From an uncultured Verrucomicrobiae bacterium (lineage in GTDB: Bacteria; Verrucomicrobiota; Verrucomicrobiia; Limisphaerales; Palsa-1400), in contig OY969763.1 of NCBI GenBank assembly GCA_963702845.1, forward strand, positions 3,328,001 through 3,392,000: a DNA stretch of 64,000 bases, read 5' to 3'. How positions within the stretch are numbered: position 1 is the stretch's first letter; every line of letters starts with the position of its first letter. The notes under the pieces are model-generated. The model was given only the letters and a program-made list of their open reading frames with translations, was not told the origin of the DNA and ran no database searches. The position numbers and the translations under genes are program-made. This document shows positions 8,991-18,980 of the stretch, piece after piece.

Positions 8991-11835
8991 TTACTTTGCT
9001 TTAAATGTCCAGATGGCGGTGAGGGAGGAGGTCCAGGTTTCGCCGGGGCATGAGATTGTGCCGGTGATTTGTTTGCTGGCGCCGGTCCAGTCGAGGTGCA
9101 GGTTGATTGCAAGATCGGGTTTGGATGCGCTCGATCGGCTGATGGTGGTGGTGCTGTTGCCAGCAAGATCAAAGGTTCCCTTGATCGAGTAGCTTACGCC
9201 ATTGAGGTAGAGTTTGCCGCTATAAACGCGTTGCATGGCCACAGAGGCTGTGAGTGTTCCGGCGCTTTGGATATTGATAGCCGGCGAACCGTCGCCGTTG
9301 GTTTGACAGAATAGGCCCTGATACGTGCCGGTTACAGAGGCTGGTGTGCCGTAGTAATATGTCTGGTTGGTGGCCGCGCTAGGATTGCCGCGATAGTCAA
9401 AGCATCGGACGCTGAATGTGTTCCATCCCGGCGTCAGGGTGATGTTCGCTGTCCAATTGGTGAGTTTAGTTATGGTCGCCAGTTGTGGGGCATTGCCGTT
9501 CAACGAGTATAAAACAACCGCAACACCGGTTTTCACTTTGCCGGCCGTATCTTTTGCAATTCCTGAGACTGTGACGTTTGGTGAATTGCTGAAGATGGCG
9601 TTGTTGTGCGGTGAAGTGATCGTCACCACAGGATTGTTGGTATCGAGTGGATTGCCACTGCCTGAAATCACCAGTGTATAAGTCGCACCGCCTGTGCAGC
9701 CATTCGTATCAGTGGCGGTAACGGTGATGGTGTTTGTGCTTAAGCCAATCGGCAAGCCTGCAAGGGTTCCGTTTGAGGTGAGCGTCATTCCATTCGGCAG
9801 CGAGCCGCTCGTCACCGCATACGAGTATGATCCAACCCCGCCACTCGCGGTGATGTTTTGGTTATACGCCGACGCCAGTGTGCCGCCGGGCAAGGTCGCG
9901 GGATTTAGGATAATGGTTGGGCATGCAGTGGTGATACTGTAATTACCGGCGCCGCTGCAGCCGTTGGTGTCTGTCGCTTCGACTGTAAAATTAAACGTTC
10001 CAAGTGTCGTGGGACTACCCGAAATAGCGCCGCTCGTCGATAAGTTCAACCCGGGCGGCAGCGAGCCTGCGGAGACGGCAAATGTATATGGAGCAGCGCC
10101 GTCGCTTGCTGTGATGTTTTGACTGAATGCCGCCGCCAGTGTGCCAGCGGACAATGTCCCTGGATGTAGTGAAATGGTTGGGCAATTAACGGTGATACTG
10201 TAATTGCTGCTGGCATTACATCCGTTGGTATCTGTTGCCTGAACTACAAAATTAAACGTTCCAAGGGCCGCGGGCGTACCTGAAATAGCGCCGCCCGTTG
10301 ATAAGTGCAATCCGGTTGGCAGCGAGCCTCCTGTGACGAGATAGGTATACGGAGCAGCGCCGCCGCTCGCTGTAATGTTTTGGCTGTAGGCTGCCGCCTC
10401 CAGTGTGCCGTCGGGCAGTGTCGCTGGGCTTAGTGCAATGGTTGGGCAATTAACGGCGAGACTGTAATTGGTGCTGCCATTACATCCGTTGGTATCTGTC
10501 GCCTGGATTGTAAAATTAAACGTTCCAAGTGCCCTGGGCGTTCCCGAGATAGCGCCGCCTGCCGACAAGTTCAACCCGGGCGGCAGCGAGCCTGCGGTTA
10601 CGGAATACGTGTATGCAGCAGCCCCGCCACTGGCAGTAATGTTCTGGCTGTAGGCCACCACCGCCACCGTGCCGGCGGGCATTGTTGCTGGACTCAACGA
10701 GATGGTCGGGCAATTAGGCGATCCTTTCCGGATCGTCTCATTATAGAAGTCGGCGACATAAACGTTGCCCGAGGAATCGGTCGTGATACCTTGCGGCCAG
10801 TCGAACGTAGCCGAGCTACCTTTTCCGTTGGCGCTGCCCGTGACTCCGGGGACACCTGCCAACGTCGTTACGACACCGTCCGGTGTGATCATGCGAATCG
10901 TTTTGTTAAAACCGTCCGTCACGTAAACGTTATCCGAAGAATCGGTCGCGACTGCCCAAGGGGCGTAGAATCTGGCGGCGCTGCCAACGCCGTCGTCGCT
11001 GCCTTGAGCTCCGGCCAGGCCCGCTATAGTTGTGACATGACCGGCAGGGGTGATTTTACGAATGTTGTTGTTGTCGTAATCAGCCGCATAAATATTCCCA
11101 GCCCCATCGATCGCCAGGCCAAACAAGCCGGTGAACGTTGCTGAACTGCCGTCGCCGTCATTGGAACCTGGAATTCCAGGCGAACCGGCGAACGTCGTGA
11201 CATCGCCCGCAGGTGTGATCTTACGAATTACACGGTTTAAGCCGTCAGCTACGTAGAGGTTGCCTGAGGTATCGATCGTTAGACCTCTCGGCATCGCGAA
11301 AAACGCGTTCGAACCGTTGCCATCAGCAGCGGCCCAAACTCCCGCCCGACCGGCGAATGTTGTCACCACTCCTGCGGGCGTAACTTTACGAATAGTGGCA
11401 TTGTAAGTATCGGCCACATAGACGTTCCCATTCGTATCCGGCACGACCGCGGTCGGCGAGTAGAACTGCGCCGCGCTGCCGGTGCCGTCAGCGCTGCGCC
11501 GCGCTGCCGGTGCCGTCAGCGCTGCCTGAAACTCCAACTTGACCGGCTAAGGTCGTTACGACGCCAGCAGGCGTGATTTTGCGAATCACCTGATTGTTGA
11601 AATCGGCGACGTATATATTGCCGGTCGAATCGGACGCGATGCCGGAGGGACTGAAAAACTGTGCCGCACTACCGGTGCCGTCAGCGTAGCCTTGTACACT
11701 CCCGGCAAACGAGGTGAAGGTGTAAGGCTCGTAGTTTACATCCGCGCGAAGTTGGACTGCGGTTAGGGTGATGATGCCAGTCAGGCAGGCGCCTGCGAAT
11801 CTGGCAATGGTTTTGGTTTTGTATATAGGTTTCAT
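8991..11835 (-). pseudogene. Secreted NHL-repeat (beta-propeller) protein with four putative Ig domains, frameshifted by a 28-bp tandem duplication
   Basis: The signal peptide and first NHL repeat (11488-11835) continue into ORF 8991-11537 (GNVYVAD..N..IRKITPAGVVTT repeats; four Y.QNITASGG.APYTY.V..GSLP.GL.LS..GAISGTP units). Exact 28-mer duplication at 11466-11521. Confidence 0.8.
11466..11521. repeat. Exact 2 x 28 bp tandem duplication
   Basis: ctgcgccgcgctgccggtgccgtcagcg at 11466-11493 and 11494-11521. Confidence 0.95.
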
Positions 11836-11973
11836 TTTGACCTTAATGAGCTGTTACTGTTTGCCAAGAGCCATGTGCGTTTCGTCCCCAGGGGCGCAAG
11901 GGAGTGGTTTCTGGGATTGTCAGGGATTTTCCCTGATAAGGGCAAGCTTTTATATTTGACAAATTTTCGCAAC

Positions 11974-13043
11974 AAGGGTCAGACCATAGCATGGTTCATT
12001 TTGTTTGACACGGATTTGGCGCGCTGTAAAACCGAAGCATGCCCCGCAAGCTTCGTGTTGAATATCCGGGCGCGATTTACCACGTCATGAGTCGCGGTGA
12101 TCGCCGCGAAGATATTTTTGTGGGCGACGTCGATAGACACGATTTCATCAAAACGCTGGCTGAAGCCTGCCAGAAGACCCGCTGGCAAATTCACGCCTAC
12201 TGCCTGATGCGAAACCATTTTCATTTGGTTTTAGAAACGCCCGAAGCCAATCTGGTCAGCGGCATGCGTTGGCTTCTGAGCAGTTATACCATTCGGCTCA
12301 ATCATCGCCACAAGCTCTTCGGGCACGTCTTTAGTGGACGATACAAGGCGCAGATCGTCGATGGCAGCGGCAACGGCTATCTGCGCACAGCATGTGATTA
12401 CGTCCACTTAAATCCCGTGCGCGCAAAACTTTTGCCGCGAGACCAGCGACTCATCAGCTATCCATGGAGCAGCCTCCTTTGGTATCTGACCGCGCCGCAA
12501 CATCGTCCTTCTTGGATTCGAGTCGACCGGCTCTTGGGCGAACACGGCATTAACCAGGATAATGCGTCTGGACGCGAACAGTTCGAGCGGCGGATGGAAG
12601 CGCATCGCACGTGGGAAGATGACCAAAAAACGCTCGCTCCATTACGCCGCGGCTGGTGCCTGGGGAGCGAAGAATTCCGCAAAAGCCTGCTGCTGCGGAT
12701 GCAATCAAAACTGGGCGACAACCACTCAGGCCAACTGCGTCGTCAAAGCGCGGAAACAAAAGCCGAGGAGATTATTGGAAAAGAAATGGCTCAGCGCCGT
12801 TGGACCGAAGGCCACCTCAAAAACCTGCGCAAAAGCGATCCAGAGAAATTGAAGATCGCGGCACGGTTGCGTCGCGAAACGGTCCTGCCACTGAAATGGA
12901 TTGCGACGCGCCTGCATCTTGGAACGTCCAAGAGCGCCAACGCCAGGATTCACGCATGGATGAAGAACCAGAAACCTCAATCACACGCCAATTCGTGCCT
13001 AAACCCTTAACAAAAAATGGACCATGCTATGGTTTGACCCCTT
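11974..13043 (+). mobile_element. Y1 (HUH) transposase element with imperfect inverted ends, each containing a small hairpin
   Basis: Left aagggtcagaccatagcatggttc (11974-11997) and right ggaccatgctatggtttgacccctt (13019-13043) are inverted copies flanking the transposase gene. Confidence 0.8.
12039..13010 (+). CDS. REP-associated/IS200-like tyrosine (Y1) transposase with C-terminal extension
   Basis: MPRKLRVEYPGAIYHVMSRG, AYCLMRNHFHL (HUH), GHVFSGRYK, YVHLNPVRA, YPWSS, C-terminal HTH-like LPLKWIATRLHLG. Confidence 0.92.
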   Translation: MPRKLRVEYPGAIYHVMSRGDRREDIFVGDVDRHDFIKTLAEACQKTRWQIHAYCLMRNHFHLVLETPEANLVSGMRWLLSSYTIRLNHRHKLFGHVFSGRYKAQIVDGSGNGYLRTACDYVHLNPVRAKLLPRDQRLISYPWSSLLWYLTAPQHRPSWIRVDRLLGEHGINQDNASGREQFERRMEAHRTWEDDQKTLAPLRRGWCLGSEEFRKSLLLRMQSKLGDNHSGQLRRQSAETKAEEIIGKEMAQRRWTEGHLKNLRKSDPEKLKIAARLRRETVLPLKWIATRLHLGTSKSANARIHAWMKNQKPQSHANSCLNP

Positions 13044-13228
13044 TGATGATGGTTGGTTTCCACGATGCCTACCAGTTGGGCCTCCGGGTGTTCGGCGATG
13101 TGCGGGATAAAGCCGCCCGCATGGTCATGGTTCAAGCCAAGAATGGCAAACCGCACCGGGCCGGATTGGTCCGCATAGACGGTGACGACCGCGAGCGAGA
13201 GAACACAGAGAGTAACGAATCGCTTCAT
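13044..13228 (-). pseudogene. 5' fragment of a secreted Gfo/Idh/MocA oxidoreductase truncated at the element end
   Basis: Signal peptide, then PVRFAILGLNHDHAGGF...AQLVGIVE (Rossmann start). Reading then runs directly into the element's right end. Confidence 0.7.
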
Positions 13229-13379
13229 GGCCCGAGGGTAGATATTCTTTTTCTGGAAACCAACCGTAGTGTTGAGAATCTGTGGCCGTCGACAGGTTAG
13301 CTATTAGACTTGGTATATCGGCGAAGCCACTAATTTGATTTGTTCAACAATGTTCCCACCCGTAGACTGAATAGCTCGA

Positions 13380-14102
13380 ATGAAAACATTCGCTGATTTG
13401 GGATTTCCGGGCCGATTGATCGCCGTCGAAGGATTGGACGGCTCCGGCAAATCCACGCAGATTTATCTACTGAAACGCTGGCTCGAATTGCAGGGACTCA
13501 AAGTCTTCTTCAGCGAGTGGAATTCCTCAGCTCTCGTCAAAAACGCCACCAGCAAGGGCAAAAAGCGCGAACTACTCACGCCGACGACGTTCAGCCTCAT
13601 TCACGCCACCGATTTTGCCGACCGCTACGAACGCCACCTCGTTCCCTTGTTGCGCGCCGGTTACCTCGTTCTCTGCGACCGCTATATTTATACGGCGTTC
13701 GCTCGCGACACCGTCCGCGGCTGCCCACCTGAATGGGTGCGGCGGATTTACGATTTTGCGGCATTGCCCGATCTGACCTTCTTTTTCAAAGCGGACCTCG
13801 AAGTGTCGCTGAATCGCATTTTGGATAATCGTCCCGAACTCAAATATTTCGAAGCCGGCATGGACATGCGCCTTTCGACCGACCCATACGAGAGCTTCCG
13901 CATTTTCCAAGGGCGCATCCTGGAGCAATACCTCGGCATGCGCGACGAATTCAATTTTGTGACGATCGACGCAAACGCCACCATCGAACCGCAACAACAG
14001 CGAGTGCGCGAACTGGTGGGTAAGCGGATCGACCTGTCGAAGTTCGCCATGCACATTCACACGAAGCCCCCTTTCCTGACTCATGCCGCCAAAAAACGCT
14101 AA
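13380..14102 (+). CDS. Thymidylate-kinase-family protein 1
   Basis: LIAVEGLDGSGKSTQ P-loop, VLCDRYIYT, LPDLTFF. Confidence 0.88.
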   Translation: MKTFADLGFPGRLIAVEGLDGSGKSTQIYLLKRWLELQGLKVFFSEWNSSALVKNATSKGKKRELLTPTTFSLIHATDFADRYERHLVPLLRAGYLVLCDRYIYTAFARDTVRGCPPEWVRRIYDFAALPDLTFFFKADLEVSLNRILDNRPELKYFEAGMDMRLSTDPYESFRIFQGRILEQYLGMRDEFNFVTIDANATIEPQQQRVRELVGKRIDLSKFAMHIHTKPPFLTHAAKKR

Positions 14103-14811
14103 ATCCACAACTGCGAAACGTCAGTCGCGCCGGTTTTACGGACAAGGAATTCCTGGCGTCGATCTTACTAAACTCGCCGGCAAACTGATTGTCGTTGAAG
14201 GCGCCGATGGCTCCGGTCGTTCAACGCAAATCGAACGACTGGTGCAGTGGCTCGAAGGTTGCGGTCACGCCACCGTGCAGATCGGCCTGAAACGTTCGAC
14301 TCTCGTCAGCGAAGACCTCGACAAAGCGCAGGAGGGCAACATTCTCAGCCACCGCACGATGAGCCTGTTCTACGCGACCGATTTTGCCGATCAGTTGGAA
14401 AACAATATTCTGCCCGCGTTACGTTCAGGGTTCATGGTCATGGCCGACCGTTACATCTACACCTTGATCGTGCGCGATCTCGTCCGGGGCATGGACGAGC
14501 AATGGCTGAAAAATATTTACGGAATTGCGCTCGTTCCCGACGCTGTGTTTTACCTCGATGTTGCACCAGTTGAATTGATCGATCGCAATTTTGCCAAGAA
14601 CCATGCGCTCGACCATTGGGAAAGCGGTATGGACCTCGGCCTTTCCCCCGAAATTTTCGACAGCTTCTTAAAATATCAATCGCTCGTCGCCGCGCGCTTC
14701 AAGGACCTTCAGGCCACCTACGGGTTCACCATCGTTGATGGTAATAAATCACCAGACGATGTTAACCTGGAACTGCGAACAAAAATCGAACGGCTGCTCA
14801 ATTCGAATTAA
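14083..14811 (+). CDS. Thymidylate-kinase-family protein 2 (P-loop Lys to Arg)
   Basis: LIVVEGADGSGRSTQ, MADRYIYT, VPDAVFYL. Overlaps the end of paralog 1. Confidence 0.85.
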   Translation: MPPKNAKSTTAKRQSRRFYGQGIPGVDLTKLAGKLIVVEGADGSGRSTQIERLVQWLEGCGHATVQIGLKRSTLVSEDLDKAQEGNILSHRTMSLFYATDFADQLENNILPALRSGFMVMADRYIYTLIVRDLVRGMDEQWLKNIYGIALVPDAVFYLDVAPVELIDRNFAKNHALDHWESGMDLGLSPEIFDSFLKYQSLVAARFKDLQATYGFTIVDGNKSPDDVNLELRTKIERLLNSN

Positions 14812-14826
14812 TTCCCACGCGAACGC

Positions 14827-15786
14827 ATGAGCACTCCCGCCCCAGCCTCCGGCTCAGTTCGACGCGCGGTCATCGACATCGGAACGAACTCGATCAAACT
14901 TTTGGTCGGCGATGTCAAAGACGGATTCATCACACCCGTTTCCGAGGGCAGCAAGCAAACGCGACTTGGAGCCGGATTCTATCGCGATCATCGGCTGCAA
15001 CCAGAAGCTATCGCCAATACTGCCAAAGCCGTCGCCGACTATGCGATCGAAGCGCGGCAGCAAGGCGCGCAGTCGATTCTGGTCATCGCGACCAGCGCAA
15101 CTCGCGACGCTCAGAATGCCCAGCAGTTGTTAGACGCAATCAAAGACACCGCTCAATTGCCCGTGCGAATCCTGTCGGGCGACGAAGAAGCCGAATGGGT
15201 CTTCGGCGGAGTGATGACCGATCCAAAATTATCCGCTGAATCCCTGTTCATTATCGACGTCGGCGGCGGCTCATCCGAAATCATACTCGGCGAGAATGGC
15301 CATAAATCCTGGTCCGGCAGTTTCAATATTGGCGCGGTCCGTCTATTGGAACCGTTACAACTCTCCGATCCTCCCGGTTTATCCGCACTCGAAAACTGCC
15401 GCGGTTCATTGCGAGACTTTTTTGCAAATGACGCCGCGCCCAAGATCGGCAATGCCGTGCAGCAATCGGGCAAGAAAATGCAATTCATCGGCGTCGGCGG
15501 CACGGCCACCATCCTCGCGCGCGTTGAACAGCAGCTCGACACATTTGATCGCGACCGCATCGAAAATGCGCGCGTGCCCCTTACAAAACTAAAGCACGAC
15601 CTGGAATCCCTTTGGCAGAAGTCTCTGGCTGAACGTCAGCAGGTAGTTGGCATTCCAAAAAAGCGCGCCGACGTCATCCTGACCGGCATGGCCATTTACG
15701 AAGCAGTGATGACGCAATTTGGCTTTAACGAAGTCCGCGTCAGCACTCGCGGATTGCGCTACTTTGCGCTGCTCCAGGCTCACTGA
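14827..15786 (+). CDS. ppx: Ppx/GppA family exopolyphosphatase (short form)
   Basis: AVIDIGTNSIKL, ATSATRDAQN, ILSGDEEA, IDVGGGSSE, GVGGTAT, RADVILTG, GLRY. Confidence 0.9.
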   Translation: MSTPAPASGSVRRAVIDIGTNSIKLLVGDVKDGFITPVSEGSKQTRLGAGFYRDHRLQPEAIANTAKAVADYAIEARQQGAQSILVIATSATRDAQNAQQLLDAIKDTAQLPVRILSGDEEAEWVFGGVMTDPKLSAESLFIIDVGGGSSEIILGENGHKSWSGSFNIGAVRLLEPLQLSDPPGLSALENCRGSLRDFFANDAAPKIGNAVQQSGKKMQFIGVGGTATILARVEQQLDTFDRDRIENARVPLTKLKHDLESLWQKSLAERQQVVGIPKKRADVILTGMAIYEAVMTQFGFNEVRVSTRGLRYFALLQAH

Positions 15787-17033
15787 CCTGCCAGAAAGCG
15801 TTGCCTCCATTGAAAGCGTGAGATTTTTCCACGTTGTGGATCAGCCAGAGAAGACACAAAGCTCCAATGCCGCGGCACTTGCGTCGATGGAAGCACCTTC
15901 AATAAAAATTGTTTCAATTCCTCCGGCTCCACTGGTGCCCGGGACGTAACGCATGCCGCAATCGTTTCATTTCGCGCGCTGTCCCCAGCCGGAACTCCAA
16001 ATACCACGCACTCGCTGACCAGCGGATGTTTCAACAACGCTTGCTCAATCGTATCAGGCGAAATTTTCTGCCCGGCGATATTGATGACGTCGGTATCTCT
16101 CCCCAGCAATCTCACTCTTCCGCCGCAAATCTGCACTCGATCGGTGGTCTGGAAAACACCGTTGGAAACTGTCGGCTGCGGCGTTGGCCAATAGCTCAGC
16201 GCCACAGCCTTGCTGCGCACGCGCAAACACCCGTCGGAATTCAAATCCACATCCACATTCGTCATCGGCGACCCAACGTCCTGCGCACACTCGCGAGGAA
16301 CAGCTGATTTGTCGTAGCAAATTCCCCCGCATTCACTGGCTCCGTAGAAATTGTGAATCTTTACTCCCGCTTCATCAGAAATCGTCCGCTTGAGATCAAT
16401 CGGCAGAGGCGCGCCAGCCGAGATTGCCAGTTTGATTTTTGGCGTAACGACTTTCGCTTCGTGCCAAATTTTCCACAGAGCAGGAACTCCAGCCACCGTA
16501 ACAAACTCAAAAGGTTCCGTGGCCAACCGAAACGCCTCGGGCAGACGCGATGGGCACAAAATGAGCGGGATACCGTGAAGCAAAAGTGGCAACACCAAAT
16601 TCGAAAAGCCGTACGAGTGTGCAATAGAAATTGCGGCGACATTCGGCCAGTCGCGGCGCAGTCCCATTGTAGCGACGATATTATCAGCATCCGCCCAAAG
16701 CTGCTCGGCAGTGAAGGCAATGAATCGCGGGTCGCCAGTGCTGCCGGAACTGGTTTTCAGATGAATGCAACCATCAGGAAATGGCACGGAAACCTGAGGA
16801 AGCGTTTGTTGTGCAACGTCCACAGGACAAACCAGCCGTTGATTCCTCCAGCCTTGCAGCACTTCGATGATAAACCGGCTGGAGATTCCGGTTGGATAAA
16901 CAACGGCGGGCAGCTCTACCTTTTTTTCAGCCTCAGCAGCGAACTGAGCAAAGGTCCATTTGTGCCCAGCCTCAACCAGCGCGACATCGTTGCGGTGCAA
17001 CTGAACTGTCTTGAGCCACGCTTCGTAAAGCAT
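15780..17033 (-). CDS. AMP-dependent acyl-CoA/acyl-ACP ligase (ANL superfamily)
   Basis: TSSGSTGDPR, AHSYGF, SAGAPL, FYGASECG, FQTTD, GRDTDVINIAGQKI, RGKI. Confidence 0.88.
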   Translation of the reverse strand: MLYEAWLKTVQLHRNDVALVEAGHKWTFAQFAAEAEKKVELPAVVYPTGISSRFIIEVLQGWRNQRLVCPVDVAQQTLPQVSVPFPDGCIHLKTSSGSTGDPRFIAFTAEQLWADADNIVATMGLRRDWPNVAAISIAHSYGFSNLVLPLLLHGIPLILCPSRLPEAFRLATEPFEFVTVAGVPALWKIWHEAKVVTPKIKLAISAGAPLPIDLKRTISDEAGVKIHNFYGASECGGICYDKSAVPRECAQDVGSPMTNVDVDLNSDGCLRVRSKAVALSYWPTPQPTVSNGVFQTTDRVQICGGRVRLLGRDTDVINIAGQKISPDTIEQALLKHPLVSECVVFGVPAGDSARNETIAACVTSRAPVEPEELKQFLLKVLPSTQVPRHWSFVSSLADPQRGKISRFQWRQRFLAGQ

Positions 17034-17109
17034 TGTCAGAGTATTAGGAGCGCACTACCTTTTGTGCAAGCGATATGCAACCAACTGTGGACGAGTCGAG
17101 ACCGAACAA

Positions 17110-17826
17110 ATGCCGCGAGAACAATCGCGAGCTTTTGACTTCGACCAAGACACCTTTGCGTTTCCAAACGAGCTGGTCTGGGAATATCGAATTGATCCAG
17201 TTACGCGCAAAACCACAGTTTTCAAAAACGACCCACCACCGACTTACGCACATCATTGCTTTGTTGTTGTGCGGGCGGCCAAGCAGTTTTTCCTGCACGC
17301 GACCTTTGTTCCTTCCGAAGCGCCATTGACCGATTCGCAATATACCACTGTCATCCGTAGATTGATGAGACGCAGTCCGCAAATTGCGTCACTCGATAAA
17401 ATTTCAATTCCGGGCTTCGCAAATCTGCGCGAATTTACTGCAGCCAAAAAAGAACTGCTCCAGTCAAACTGCGGAGGAGCCTGGCAGAGTTACGTGCAGC
17501 GTGGGAACTGGCGGATGGTATTTCCGTTTTCACGTTCGCATCAGGAGCGCGAAGCAAAGAGTCTGCTTAAGCCGGATCACAACGTTGCCCATCGTCCACA
17601 TCGTTACGTTTCCGCGCTTAAAAATTAATCATGCGATCATGTTGTTCGACGCACGTGATTCAGAGGACCGGGTGGAGTTTTTAGCCTACGACCCAAACAT
17701 CATTGATCGGCCAGCTCAGCTTGTTCTTCGACAAGGCCAAACGTAGCTTCAATTTCCCGCGAAAACCACTATTTCTCGGGTGGCAAAGTCAATGTTTAGA
17801 AGATTTACCGCGGCTTATTTTTGTGA
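17110..17826 (+). CDS. Hypothetical protein, possible papain-like fold (frameshifted)
   Basis: Joining ORFs 17062-17628 and 17384-17746 plus a tail gives FAFPN...YAHHCF...PIVHIVTFPRLKINHAIML...LAYDPN, a Cys-His-Asp order. Confidence 0.5.
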
Positions 17827-18828
17827 GCTGGCTTTTTGCGCCAGAGGCTTACCTGCGAATAGAGGAATGCGAAGAAACAACAAGCCGCACACATTGATCC
17901 CGGCGGCGAAACCGATCTTATACATGTGCCCGACGTTGTTAGGCGCATAAATTTCGACGTCGAATCCACCCACGAGATTTGGCAGCGCACAAGGCGTCAA
18001 CGCGCCGTGCAACATACCAAGAAAGAAACCAGCGGGTTCTTTCGTCGTGCCGGGCTTGGCGGTATGGTTCAAAATCCAGCCGACAATCAAACCAACAATA
18101 ACAAACTGTAGAATGGATTCGGCCGCATTGAGCATCAGCTTGAATGCAGGAGGCGTCTCACGCGGCAAACTGCGGAACCATTTCAGCCATCGAATCGTGT
18201 CGCGGACCACGTCAATGTTACTGCGTTCATTTGCGTAGATGACCTGAACGGGAATTGCTTCAATCGACTGCGCATTCTGCGAGAACAACACGAGCATTTC
18301 CGAATCAATCTCAAACCGGCTCGTTTCAAGTGCGTCTTCAGAAAAAGCGCTCAGTTTCACCAAACGATAACCGCATTGTGTGTCCGGAAGAATGCGCCGG
18401 GTATAATTGGACAACAACCAACTCATCGTCGCATTGGTCAATCTGCGTAGCAAAGGCATCGTTTTTGGATTCGCCATCCGATTGCCAACAATGAAAGGCG
18501 CATGACTTTTTTCCGCGGCGGCAAAAAACGCCGGAATGTCGCCAGGCGAATGTTGTCCGTCGGCATCCATCATCAAAGCCCACTCGTATCCAAGCTTGCG
18601 GGCTTCGCGAAAACCAGTGATCAACGCCGCTCCTTTGCCGCGGTTTTTGTCGTGGCGAAAAACTTGTGCGCCAGCTTTGGCGGCCGCATCCGTTGTCGAG
18701 TCAGTCGATCCATCATCAACGACGATTACGTTCGGCAAATTATTGCGCACTTCGGCAATGACTCTGCCAATCTGACCCGAACCGTCCCGGCACGGCATAA
18801 TGACGACACACTTTTCTGACCAATTCAC
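17815..18828 (-). CDS. GT2 (DPM synthase-like) glycosyltransferase with C-terminal membrane domain
   Basis: VIVVDDGSTDST, NRGKGAAL, MDADGQH, DTQCGYR, RFEIDSEML, followed by hydrophobic helices. Confidence 0.88.
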   Translation of the reverse strand: MNWSEKCVVIMPCRDGSGQIGRVIAEVRNNLPNVIVVDDGSTDSTTDAAAKAGAQVFRHDKNRGKGAALITGFREARKLGYEWALMMDADGQHSPGDIPAFFAAAEKSHAPFIVGNRMANPKTMPLLRRLTNATMSWLLSNYTRRILPDTQCGYRLVKLSAFSEDALETSRFEIDSEMLVLFSQNAQSIEAIPVQVIYANERSNIDVVRDTIRWLKWFRSLPRETPPAFKLMLNAAESILQFVIVGLIVGWILNHTAKPGTTKEPAGFFLGMLHGALTPCALPNLVGGFDVEIYAPNNVGHMYKIGFAAGINVCGLLFLRIPLFAGKPLAQKASSQK

Positions 18829-18980
18829 GCGCGCAACCTACAAGGTGAATCCATCAGGCAAAAGCCAAAACGGTTCTCCGAAACACGATATTTCGACGGG
18901 GAAATTCCCGATATATTTGATAGGCGCTTAAAAAACTAAAAAGAGTTGCGCCTCCGCACGAGCTTAGTAAAGCTGTTCTT

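Noticed and set aside
13380..14102. Gene symbol tmk
   Set aside because: The tandem arrangement, shared insert and ppx linkage make housekeeping dTMP kinase function uncertain.
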